Source: Octopus bimaculoides (lineage: Eukaryota). Taken from it: a stretch of 64,000 nucleotides of DNA. The DNA is taken from assembly GCF_001194135.2 (NCBI RefSeq), contig NC_068992.1, positions 8,498,751 through 8,562,750 of the forward strand, in the 5' to 3' direction. The translations under genes were made by a program, and so were the position numbers. This document shows positions 13,001-41,200 of this stretch, piece by piece. The notes under the pieces are model-generated. The model saw nothing but the letters and a program-made list of their open reading frames with translations, was not told the DNA's origin and ran no database searches. Within the stretch, counting starts at the first letter, position 1, and each line of letters starts with the position of its first letter.

Positions 13001-15271
13001 GAACAAACACAAGAAAAAAAACAGCCAAATTATGAAATTCTCCTTTCAAAAATTTGTAACTAATTATCCATTGTATGCTACTAACGTCATTCACTGCACT
13101 CTACGTATCTAATCACAATAACATGTGCTTCAGTTTTTGTCACGTTTTGTTCCCATTCTAATATCAGGGGGAAATCCCCAACAACAACAACAACTGGATG
13201 ATTTCATCCTGCGCTTCAAACCTACGAAATAATTATATCTAATATTTCTGGAATTCCTAAGTTAGGAAGTTCACACATAGTTTCATCAGTATGAAAATAT
13301 ACATAAAAGCCATGTCCTTTTCATGCTGTGTCTTTAAAGGAAGAATAAAATACATAACACGAAAATTATGGGGGCTAATGCAGCTTCGCACCTCTCCTTG
13401 AAAAATGCATTTTTTTTGAAAAAATTTTTTCGGGTTCCTACGTTTTAGATGTCGGAGATTATGAATATGCAAAAATTTTTTTAAATTTCACCCCACCCCA
13501 CCATATTTAAAATTCTGAATTTGTTTACTTTGAAGTGATCGTAGCGAATTGACGAACATATGCAAATCGAAATTAAATATAGACACTCATTAAAGTGAAA
13601 AGAATTTGCGTTTCACCTGTGTTTGCCTTAAATAATGGTAAATAACAATTTAATTTTATGAGAAACAAACATTAATGTTTAATAATTAATGTTATTAAGT
13701 TTAATAAGGGGCTCAAATTTCACCCGCTCCCCCAATTTTAAGTTTTGAACTTTTTCATCCATTTATTTATCTATCTATCTATTTATCCCTGTCCATTTAT
13801 TCTTAAAATATATTTGTCAACTAAATGTGGCGGTCCTATAGAGGATGGTGTTACTGTTGTTTTTAGCCCCAGGAAGACATTCATATCTCTTTATACGCAG
13901 ATCTATATGCTTACTAAATTGAAAATTTTGAAAACGTGGTTTCTTGCATATTCGGAATCTCCGTCATCTAAAACATAAGGGGAAAAAAATTCGAAAAGTT
14001 CAAAATTTTAAATGGGGGGTGGGGAGTGAGNNNNNNNNNNCGTAGGGATCCGGAAAATGTTTTTCAAAAAAATGCATTTTTCAAGGAGAGGTGCGAACCT
14101 GCATTAGCCCCAAGTTATGTTTCCGCTTTATTTTGGAAGTTGTTAGCAACGAAAATAAAACTGCCATAATGGAGGCTTGAACTGGTACAAACAGCAGTCA
14201 GACCCTCCTAAAATCAAACCTTACCGCCTTAAATAAGGAAGAAAATGAAGTCCTAGATATCCACCTCTCAAAAATAATAACAGATGGATAGTCATGGTTG
14301 GAATGCGTCTGAACATAGATCTTGTTCGATCGGGGTTGATCCAGATTCGATAATTACAACGCTCAGAAATTAGATAAGGCAAAATCTCAGGCGATAGAAG
14401 AGTAAAGGTTGTTATGACGCCTGTGACTTTCTCAAGGACATTAATAACTAAATGAGATGAGCTTTAATATGGAATTGAAACCGCTACACAGATTCGAGTC
14501 ATTGTAAATTTAACATTCATCGCACAACTTCTATCATGGAACAGAGAAGTTTAATGGTGAGTGCACCCCTGATTTAATCGCGACTAGAAGAATGAAAGGC
14601 CTACACGAGACCCGACAGGATCCAAAATCAGAACCCTATATAATTGGCGAAATCGGCGCAATTGGTTTTCAATGTGAAATACTGCCACCTGCTATTCTGA
14701 GGGAGACTGTGCAGTCGATCATCCTGCTGGAAACAACAGCCATATTCTCCTAAATTTTACCCTAACGTACTTGAAAAGGCAGGACTCGTTGGGTAACGCG
14801 TTTATGGGTGCATTGTCTTGAAAATATACTAGGATGGTTACAGCTGGAAGGCTTTTAATCATAGGACCGCTAGATCATAGCTAATCTTTGGTTAAGTAAC
14901 AACATCCAAGCATTACTATGTCGTAATAAAGACGAGTAAAGTTTGGGGAAAGAAAAACAAGATGTAAAAGGATCGAACTAACCGCGGTATATTTTCATCC
15001 AGTCTGTGTTACAAAATTCCAGGTCTGCAGAGTCTGTTATACACCTTGACGGGGTCAAAATACTTTCAAATACAGCCAAGTCTTTATCGCTCAACTTCGA
15101 ATAGGAACCACGCAAAATTTCTGGGTGTTTGACCGAAGTTAAATCTACGTGTGTAGATAGAAACCGGCCGCCTTTCGATGATATAGAACTGCGTAGGTGA
15201 CGGCATTTTGGTAATAGTTTTCGAGAGTTAAATAAAATAATATGTCTAGTGTTGGATAATAAGTGAAACAT
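6836..15271 (-). CDS. D2HGDH: D-2-hydroxyglutarate dehydrogenase, mitochondrial (FAD-linked oxidase), 7 coding exons, 518 aa
   Basis: complement(join(6836..7080,8832..9006,9488..9774,10169..10337,11282..11475,12797..12994,14983..15271)) = 1557 nt. All introns GT-AG with matching phases. Motifs [41 protein letters not shown], LDPxGILNP. Basic/hydroxylated N-terminus typical of a mitochondrial presequence. Confidence 0.95.
7270..7960 (-). mobile_element. Degenerate RTE LINE reverse transcriptase fragment in D2HGDH intron 6
   Basis: [41 protein letters not shown]...[32 protein letters not shown]; many stops. Confidence 0.85.
8832..9006 (-). CDS. D2HGDH: D2HGDH exon 6 ([11 protein letters not shown]...GYGHVGD)
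   Basis: Acceptor TTTCAG, donor GTAAGT. Confidence 0.95.
9488..9774 (-). CDS. D2HGDH: D2HGDH exon 5 (CNSFSDV...EILSAFEF...TQMK)
   Basis: Acceptor TTTTAG, donor GTAGAT. Confidence 0.95.
10169..10337 (-). CDS. D2HGDH: D2HGDH exon 4 ([10 protein letters not shown]...[10 protein letters not shown]...VALL)
   Basis: Read manually (not in ORF track); acceptor TAACAG, donor GTAAAT. Confidence 0.95.
11282..11475 (-). CDS. D2HGDH: D2HGDH exon 3 ([11 protein letters not shown]...ATNAGG...GLEV)
   Basis: Acceptor TTACAG, donor GTATAT. Confidence 0.95.
12797..12994 (-). CDS. D2HGDH: D2HGDH exon 2 ([11 protein letters not shown]...PQGGNTG...DKVS)
   Basis: Acceptor TTTAAG, donor GTGAGT, FAD-binding motif. 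Confidence 0.95.
13371..14111. mobile_element. Non-autonomous DNA transposon with ~70-bp TIRs, subterminal repeats and an 8-bp TSD-like flank
   Basis: GGGGCTAATGCAGCTTCGCACCTCTCCTTGAAAAATGCATTTTTT at 13371 is inverted at 14041-14111; flanks AAATTATG / AAGTTATG; a 10-N gap lies inside. Confidence 0.8.
14983..15271 (-). CDS. D2HGDH: D2HGDH exon 1 ([10 protein letters not shown]...[10 protein letters not shown])
   Basis: ATG at 15271, donor G|GTTAGT. Start choice is less certain because in-frame ATGs lie at 15373 and 15409. Confidence 0.85.
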
Positions 15272-15410
15272 GATTGACAGAGAAAATAAATAGCAAAACC
15301 CCAGCTGATAGTTTAATGCTGCAACGAAATGTTTTAATGTTATAACGAAACAGTTAGAGTAACCTCCCTTCATATATTTGGGACGTAATCTCTTTCTCTT
15401 TCCCTCCATG

Positions 15411-15426
15411 TGCGCGCGCGCGCGCA
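15411..15426. promoter_or_regulatory. Perfect palindrome TGCGCGCGCGCGCGCA (NRF-1-like / Z-DNA-prone) 140 bp upstream of the D2HGDH ATG
   Basis: Seen directly; resembles the YGCGCAYGCGCR consensus but function is inferred only. Confidence 0.3.
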
Positions 15427-15472
15427 ATTTATTCTTTATTTGTTCACTTTCTTAGTTTCCTATCTTCTCTGT

Positions 15473-15854
15473 GTGGAGGCGCAATGGTTAGGGCAGCGGA
15501 CTCGCGGTCATAGGATCGCGGTTTCGATTCCCAGACCGGGCGTTGTGAGTGTTTATTGAGCGAAAACACCTAAAAGCTCCACGAGGCTCCGGCAGGGGAT
15601 GGTGGCGAACCCTGCTGTACTCTTTCACCACAACTTTCTCTCACTCTTACTTCCTGTTTCTGTTGTACCTGTATTTCAAAGGGTCAGCCTTGTTACACTG
15701 TGTCACGCTGAATATCCCCGAGAACTACGTTAAGGGTACACGTGTCTGTGGAGTGCTCAGCCACTTGCACGTTAATTTCACGAGCAGGCTGTTCCGTTGA
15801 TTGGATCAACTGGAACCCTCGTCGTCGCAAGCGACGGAGTGCCAACATTTAACA
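15473..15854 (+). mobile_element. Young tRNA-derived SINE with target-site duplication
   Basis: tRNA-like head with A box (TGGTTAGGGCAGCGG) and B box (GGTTTCGATTCCC), CpG-rich body, flanks TATCTTCTCTGT (15461-15472) / TATCTTCCCTGT (15855-15866). Confidence 0.85.
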
Positions 15855-16030
15855 TATCTTCCCTGTATTACTGTCGCCACTTTCAGTTTCTATTTTCATT
15901 TTACTTTTGCACTTTTTATAACATTAAATGAGATCTAACCCCATACTAGGAATACTGAATATTGTGATACCACTTCAGCTCCGATGCACTCCGTGGAGAC
16001 GCCTCACACTCCGAAAACCAGCTCTCTAGT

Positions 16031-16370
16031 GAGGACTTTGCTGCAAAACTCCAGGGTTTATCTAAATCGAAGCTCGTTAACCGGATCCCTGAGGGAACTC
16101 GGAATAACTTTGCTCGCGCGCTCTCCAGCTTGTTGAAAACCGTATGATTATCCAATGCATCCGACTGGCAGAAACTGTTTCTGTTCCCCCCGCATCTCTC
16201 TCCACGTGCACGATGTGAAATCGAGCTCTCTTACATCGTCAGTCAAGCGACAGTTCCACCTGAGTCCACCCCGACTACTTCTCACTTCAATTTGACATTG
16301 AGCACGGTGCCTACCGACAGGCAACTGATAAACCTTAAGCGCGCTGTCAATGCTAACCCTAACGTAATTC
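16031..16370 (+). mobile_element. Putative CRE-clade non-LTR retrotransposon fragment (region upstream of RT)
   Basis: SKLVNRIPEGTRNNFARALSSLLKTV*LSNASDWQKLFLFP, then (shifted frame) SSLTSSVKRQ and NLKRAVNA. Resembles from memory the RIP(K/R)G..R...W..LF.F block of CRE elements; not database-verified. Confidence 0.55.
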
Positions 16371-18944
16371 TGGGGTAGAATCAGCGCAGCACAATGTGAC
16401 AATGTCTGGCGGGATTCTGCTTAACGCATGGCATATAACCCCTCATAACGTATAAGCTTAAATCCCAGCAATGGATCATTAAATGTGTTTATGGGGAGAA
16501 AGATATCGAAAAACATCAATAAGTCAGACTGATAAACAAACGAGGAGGCTGTGAATTAGTCATGAGACGTACTGAAAATAACAACTAAATAGCCCTTAAA
16601 TCACGCAGAAATTTTTTTTTTTTGCATAATCGTACGAATTCCCATGTGTAGAATATAAATTCGCAAGAATTATCTGAAAATTCCAAACATTCAAACAATT
16701 ACGGTGTTATATGCCATGCGTAAAGTAGATCCATCAATGTTTTAGTTTTAAATTACAGGAACAATCCACCATACAGGCTTCTATACAGTCTTCGTCTACC
16801 CAATTTCTATCAAAACATAGATCAACACGTAACTATAGTAAAGTACTTATGCCTAAGCACGCATCGGAAGCCAATCTAGGAAAATATGGTTACGCAGAGA
16901 ACTTCTTTTCCTTTCGTCTATACATACATACACACACACTCGCGCGTATATATAGATGTGTGTGTATGTCTGTGTTTATGTACATGCGTCAATCTTTTGC
17001 CAATGTATAAGAGTATTAGCAAGCGCACTTTAAAAGCGGTGCTTCGCGATTGAAGTTCTGCGAAATAATAAAATCCATTTTAATTGAAAATTTGCAATAA
17101 CGCAAAATCTTTAATTTATATATCAATATATTTTTATAAGAAGAAAAGAAGGAAAAAAACATTAAAAATATAATAGATCAAATTATCGAAAAAAAAAACA
17201 AAAACTCCCGTTATTACCTCACCGAAGAAACAATGAAAAAGAAAAGGGTGGAGGAGGGATTAAACCGTAGAAGATGGAGGGGGAGGGAGTAAAGGTTTGT
17301 ACACCCAATACGGTTGAGTTACAAACAATCTCTTACAACTCCCGGTGTCAAATCCACAACGTTTTGGCTTTAGAAACATAAAACCAAAAAATTATGATGT
17401 AAAATAAAATTTTTAAAATGTGTATTTACGGAGAGTGAGAGGGCGAGGACCAGTAAACAGAACGCGGTATACAATAAAATGCTTTCTATTCTAATATAAA
17501 AGCTGAATTAATGAGTATTTGAGTGTGTGTGTGTGTGTTATAAATGGTTGTTGTGCTTCCGTTTTATCGCAGCAGAAGCCGTTTCCTTCGACTATAACCA
17601 CAGATTGCCGGTACTTACTCCAACCTCCCCCCCTGGCCACACCCACAAACAATCATCAATGACACGTCGGTTGCCTGAATCTGGAGAACTCTAATTAAAA
17701 GGGAGACCACTCGATGCAATATCTAATTTTAGGAGATAAGTTACACATTTATAGCAACGACATGTCATTATGTTCCGTGTGAGTACCCACGTTTTATTTA
17801 TTATCCAGCCTCTTCTGATTGATTTTATTTGTTTATTCCGTCATTAGTGGAGGGAAAAAGAAGAAACTAAACAAATTACTCTTGATAGCGATTTTGATTA
17901 TTCTAATCATCGTCCTGTATTTTATTTGAAATGCATTTTTATCGTTTAGATCTTCAGGCGATCTTCATATATACAAATGACTTAGAGGAATACTTTGGTT
18001 TAGTCTTTTGATAGAATGTACTCATCAATGGGTAGGAACCCTAATGTTATGGATACAGTGGGGTGTGAGTGAAGTTATGGGCCTTTCGTGCATTTTCCAG
18101 TACGGAATTGAAGTCCGGTGTTTCGGTATTATCTGACGTATGTCCAAATTCCTTCGGTAGTCAAACTTTCCTTTCATTCTTGTGTCGATATAATAAAAGT
18201 ACCTGTAAAAATATCTAGAGTTTGTCTTGTAACTGGTAATTATTTTTTATATCAAAGCAGTCGTTTCTTCGACTTTTATCTCCATGAGAAGAGTGATCTG
18301 GTCAAATGAATACAGACAGCACCAAAACCAACAAAAATTCAGGACTTTGGACAATAATTAGTGTTAGAAATCGGAATAACAGGTTGATAAGAGAAGGCTA
18401 AACTGACCGGTCAACGCAGTTAATTAATACGGTAAATTTGCCGACTGAAAGATGCTTTGCAGTGAAAAGCCTCGCCTTACGTATGAAGAAACGTCACTAC
18501 GAATTTAGTTGTCAAATCAGTCTGAAGAATCATCAGTTGATGAAACTTTTTCTCATCAACTGTGAAATTCCGTTATCCACGGAAAACAGTTTTTGAAGTG
18601 ACGCATTTATTATTTTAAGTATTTTGACAACTTCGTGTGGTCGTGAAGCAAGTAAAATAAATAATTTTTAAAAATCACGCTAGCATGGTTGTCAAAAATT
18701 CCATGGAATTTCTTCGAGTGATGTGATTATCAAGTATTTTACGTAGTTTAACTTCTCTGTATGTGTGATGGGTATAGGATCTCGTGTATGTCTGTGTGAA
18801 ATAAAGAAACTGTGAAGCCAGCGATGTGCTACATCGGTAAAAATTCTATTTATTTGTAAACGTTCTTTCTGAGTTCGAATGTTATTTGAAGAGTTCCCTA
18901 TTGGATGCTTCTCTCAGCGTTACACGAATTTATGAAATTGTGTA

Positions 18945-18978
<34 letters not shown>

Positions 18979-19357
18979 CATTAGTTTGGTTCGATCTCAA
19001 ACCGGAGCCGAAACCTCAAGTCCTACGTATTGTTGAGTCTCTGTAATTGAACTAATGTAACAAAGCAAAAACCATCCTCAGGTCTTCTTTCCGTAATGTA
19101 CATTTCATTTTAATTCATTCATATATATATATATTTTTTTTTTTTTTCNNNNNNNNNNTATATATATATATATTTTTTTTTCCTCTTCCACAGGATTTCT
19201 TGTGTCGTGGCCGGCAGCTGATTGCCAGCAATACCTTTCTAAAGTGGAAAAGAAAACCCCTGGATCTCTAATTGCATTTCATTACCTAATTAATAACTGC
19301 TGTTATAATTTCGACCAGCTGAATAATTACAAACAAGCACGCATACATATAAGAAAA

Positions 19358-19384
19358 ATGGACTGGATTCTACTAGAAACGTAG
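19358..19384 (+). promoter_or_regulatory. Short uORF (MDWILLET*) in the putative ZnT5 5' UTR
   Basis: aaaATGG context, ends 69 nt before the main ATG; lies downstream of a strong acceptor TTTTCCTCTTCCACAG at 19193. Confidence 0.45.
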
Positions 19385-19453
19385 TCGTTTACAAAGCAAT
19401 ACATAAATCCTACATATAAACATACATAATCAGAGTATCTGCCTCTTTTAAGT

Positions 19454-36279
<16,826 letters not shown>

Positions 36280-36633
36280 TGATTATATTATTTATGAAAT
36301 TTTATAATATATATATATATTCAAATAAATTCTTGTTTTATAATTTTGCACTTTTTATGACTTTCTTTCACAAATGTCTGGGAAAGGGGGTTCATTTTTA
36401 ATTTTCATCAATGGAAACTGTAAATTGGGACAGTTTTCATTGATGTGGGACTTCACATCATCATCATCATCCTTGTTTTCTATGCTTGCATGAGTTGGAC
36501 AGAGTTTATTGAGGAAGATGATTTACTGTAGGATGCCCTTCTTTTCACTAATCCTTAACTGTTTCCAAGCAAGGTAATATTTCCCTATGACTAAACATTT
36601 TTACAGAATACTGGAAATAAATGATATTCATTA

Positions 36634-37249
36634 GGTGCAGGAGTGGCTGTCTGGTAAGTAGCTTGCTTACCAATCACATGGTTCTGGGTTCAGTCCCACT
36701 GCGTGGCACCTTGGGCAAGTGTCTTCTACTATAGCCTCGGGCTGACCAACACCTTGTGAATGGATTTGGTAAACGGAAACTGAAAGAAGCCCGTCGTATA
36801 TATGTATGTGTGTGTATATGTTTGTGTGTCTGTATTTGACCCCCCAACTTCGCTTGACAGCCGATGCTGGTGTGTTTATGTCCCCGTAACTTAGCGGTTC
36901 GACAAAAAGAGACCGATAGAATAAGTACTAGGCTTCCAAAGAATAAGTCATGGGGGTCGATTTGCTTGACTAAAGGCAGTGCCCCAGCATGGCCGCATTC
37001 AAATGACTGAAACAAGTAGAAGAGTAAAGAGTATTTACAACAATCACACACTATCAAGACAAGGGGACACAAACACTCACACACAGATAATGATGGGTTT
37101 CTTTTAGTTTCTGTCTACCAAATCCACTCACAAGGCTTTGGCTTGCCAGGCGCTATGGTAGAAGACACTTTCCCAAGGTGTCACACAGTGGGACTGAACC
37201 AGAAACTCTGTGGCTGGGAAACAAACTTCTTAACCACGGTCACACCTGC
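36634..37249. mobile_element. Tail-to-tail inverted pair of family-2 SINEs just 3' of ZnT5
   Basis: 36634-37030 (+) and 37060-37249 (-). Confidence 0.8.
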
Positions 37250-38148
37250 TTCTGTGCTGAAGAAATTGTTGTTGAATTTCAATTCAACTTTGGTCAAAGA
37301 AATTCACAATGAAACGTATTCCAGCTATTAGTTATATCTATGATATGATTTACAGGAGATTTGGTAATATCTAGCAGACTGAGCAATAATACAGAAGCCT
37401 CTTCAGCTCACAATTAACCATTCAACCTTCAAAGCTAGGAAGTCTGCTGGACAGCCAAATGCAACTAAGGCAAGCAAGTAAATATCTTTTTAACTGTACA
37501 ATACAATACAATGTTTGAAGTGAGGTTTGACTTCATGGCCATGTGATCCAAGATTTTAACTGTAACCAATCTTTTCATTTAAAAAAAAAAAAAAAGGACA
37601 ATAGTTAAACTAATTTAAATTAATTCAACACATATAATTTTAAAGAAAAGAAAAATTGGATGTTATAATGAAAATTATATAGTTTGAAATTAAAGCAAAA
37701 AAAAAACTAGACAAGAAGTGGCTGTAACTATTTTATTTCACCAATACAAATAAATACAACCAGCTCAATTTGAAACAATATTGGTTGATATTTTTTCATA
37801 GTCTTCTGGAAACCAGATTAAGAAAATTATATNNNNNNNNNNNNNNNNNNNNNNNNNNNNNNNNNNNNNNNNNNNNNNNNNNNNNNNNNNNNNNNNNNNN
37901 NNNNNNNNNNNNNNNNNNNNNNNNNNNNNNNNNNNNNNNNNNNNNNNNNNNNNNNNNNNNNNNNNNNNNNNNNNNNNNNNNNNNNNNNNNNNNNNNNNNN
38001 NNNNNNNNNNNNNNNNNNNNNNNNNNNNNNNNNNNNNNNNNNNNNNNNNNNNNNNNNNNNNNNNNNNNNNNNNNNNNNNNNNNNNNNNNNNNNNNNNNNN
38101 NNNNNNNNNNNNNNNNNNNNNNNNNNNNNNNNNNNNNNNNNNNNNNNN

Positions 38149-38221
<73 letters not shown>

Positions 38222-41200
38222 GGTGTGTGTGTAGGAGTACAGCATTCAAAGTAATTTAAGGACTACTGAAATACTGCTGATGTTGCATGTGTGTGCCTTC
38301 AAGGGAAAAATACACAAACAGAATGGACAAAACGATGTGGCCTATCGATTTTCATAACGAGTTTATTCTGTTCATTATTAGCAGAGAAAGATATGTGGGA
38401 GGGGGGGACTTAAAAGAATGGAGAATCAGGTATGTAGGGGACTATTTATTACAGATTGGCACGAGAGGGAACTTGATAGATATCAGCCTCACATAAAAAA
38501 GTTTTGGATGGAACTTAACAGACTTTTATGTTAAATCTATGGCACACATCTTAAGAGACCACATTCAGCAACAATGCAATGATTTTTGGGTTTGTTTTTT
38601 TTTAAATTAAAAACGAAGTACTATTGATTTGTAGATCAACAATTTACCCTCTTAGAATTAGCTCACTTGCATTATCAAGTTTGCAACTCACAGATGTACA
38701 ATGAAACACCAGTTGAGTTGCTCCCTAATGCAAGAATCGAGCACTTTTTATGATCTTGCAATGAACTGTGCAGGTGTGATGTATTGTTCACATTTTAACT
38801 GAATTTGAAGTGGATTCTCTCAGAAAAATTATATTCTTAATTTTAAACATCTGTTTTTCATTTTTTAATAGAGATTGTGTAATATTTTATTAATGAGCAA
38901 CGATAATTAATCATAAGACATGACTTTATGTTTGTTACCAATGCAAACTGGACAGAATGAATTTCCCTTTAAATTTAACAAAAAATAACAAATATGCTGT
39001 AGTAGCACCTGAATTCAGAGATTATTAACTCTTTACTTTGTTTTTAAGCTATCACTTTTGACTGTTGTATCTTGTGATCACTGTGAGGTACTGTAAATCT
39101 ACAGAAACAAGTTCTTAACACTGAGATTCAACTCCAAATTCCAATTCCTTTTATCATTTGTATAATAATGTGGGTGGTAACATAACATGTAAAAATGATG
39201 GAATGACTGGAGAATATATCAGAGCCGATAAGAAATAATAGATTTGGTTATTAAATCTCAATGAATATAATGAATGTTTCGAAAATTCAGTAAAGCTTAT
39301 AACAAACGACTTAACTTTAAATAAGTACATAACTATTATAATAAAAGGATTTTGCCTTTTCATTTAAAAATAATCAAAACAATTCTAAATGCATATCTAT
39401 CACAAAAATCGGAATAAATTTCATGATTGTTTAGCCGGCTTTATAAACTGAATCATTTGAACATCTTAATTAAAAGAAACAATACAACAGAGAGACAGAA
39501 ATGTTGGCAACAAAAGATATTTTGTTACATAGCTATTTCCATTAGGATTGTTAATAGATGATGTCTAATCAAGAACTGAAGTTATTTTAAACATATTTAT
39601 ATGATCTGCACAACCCAAAATAGTACAAGGACATTGTATTAAAATGTATTTTATAAAACATTTCCAAAACATTTTTTCTCTTCAGTCAGTATTTTTTGTT
39701 TTTTTTTTGTTTTTTTTTTTGTTTGTAAAGTATCTAAAATACATAAGTAAAAGGATCTTTAATTCTGAAGTAGATATGAGTTCTACCTAATATAATAATC
39801 ATAAGATTGAAGTCAACAATGTAGCTGCCATAAAAATGTACTATTCACTTAGACAAAACAATACATTTCAACAATTAAAATCCAACGGGCAGAAGTACTC
39901 AACACAATTATTTCCATGTAATAACAATCATACGTCAGTTGTATTAGAAACCAGAAGCTTGTATATATATAAAAAGGTTTGTAGTTATAGTTAACAGTGT
40001 GAAGCTTACAACTGAAACATACTGAAGCAGAAAATCAAAACTGGATCCCACTGATTACCAGCAGTTCTGTTATATTCTTTGGACAAGGAGGGGCTCTCAC
40101 TTTAAGAGTTTTCTGGAAACTTTAAATGAATAGAAACCACTGAAACATATATTTTGAAGAGAAAACTGTTTGAAAATGTAAATCAGTTTTCAACCAAAAT
40201 ATACAAATACATCAAAAGAATTGACACATTAAAGTTGGTAATTTCACAATGTAAAACTACGAAAAGAAAAAAGTTACCATTGGATCATTTTTTCTTTTTC
40301 TTTTTCACATCAAAGTAGCAGACAAAATGGATGGGAAAAAAGATTAAGTACATTACGTCATCTAATTTCTCATTAATTAAACTGAACACAACACTTTCCA
40401 AATCTATTCTCTTTTGGGAAGGCGAAGGGGTTTGTTTTTAATCCTTCACAGTAAACAGACTATATTATTAAAAAAAGACATGCCAAGAAATATAGAACCA
40501 AACCAAACCAAACCAAACCAAAGTACTAATATTCCACATCTTGTATTTTCTTCTTTTTTACTCAAGTAGGATTTCACTTTAAAAACACATTGATATATAA
40601 CTGCTATGTATGGTTTTGATGCTAAATCCTTCTACATGGAATTGAACGTTCTTCAGAAAATACTATTTTTGTGTCTACATTTTGGCACAATCTCTTGTCT
40701 TTTAAACAGCATTTCTTTGTCAACAGATCTAAAAGTTTCCCATTTTACTTATTTGAGCAATATATTGTCATGCAGTATTTTTGAGATGGTGGGTACAAAA
40801 AAAAAGGTCATGTCAAAATATAGATGCAAAAATAAGCATCTAATAACAGGACTTGGCAATACCAAAATACAACTGACAGCAATTCACTCCTACCATCAAT
40901 GGGATAAACACTTATGTGCTACCTAGTCTTGAATAGCAGATACTAACATATAGCCTGTTTCTTCATAGAAAGAACCAACAGCAAATGAACGAAAACCCTG
41001 ATGTCCTTCGAAACCAGAATATTTTGGCAGTCGCTCAGAAGAACATCAAAGCAATGAGAATCTCAGAATAGCGACAGTGTGAAGATTCAGGATCCAATAA
41101 ATAATCTCTGCTACACATATTAAGTGCCTTTTTCTCTTATCCAAATACACATATGTCCATCATATATATATACGTACAATATATGCAGATATATATGAAT

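Noticed and set aside
15475-15545. tRNA-like sequence with A and B boxes
   Set aside because: It is the head of a SINE: no proper acceptor stem, and it continues into a 300-nt body with a TSD.
18522-18562. CTGAAGA-ATCA/TGAT stem-GAAAC hammerhead-like core overlapping a 10-bp hairpin (CAGTTGATGA/TCATCAACTG)
   Set aside because: Stems I and III and a correctly placed NUH cannot be formed in either type I or type III topology; the 10-bp hairpin sequesters the core.
40996-41051. Possible SECIS element (UGA/GA quartet with an AAA loop)
   Set aside because: Only 8 nt between the core and the AAA with poor helix II pairing; ALDH4A1 ends in TAA and has no in-frame TGA.
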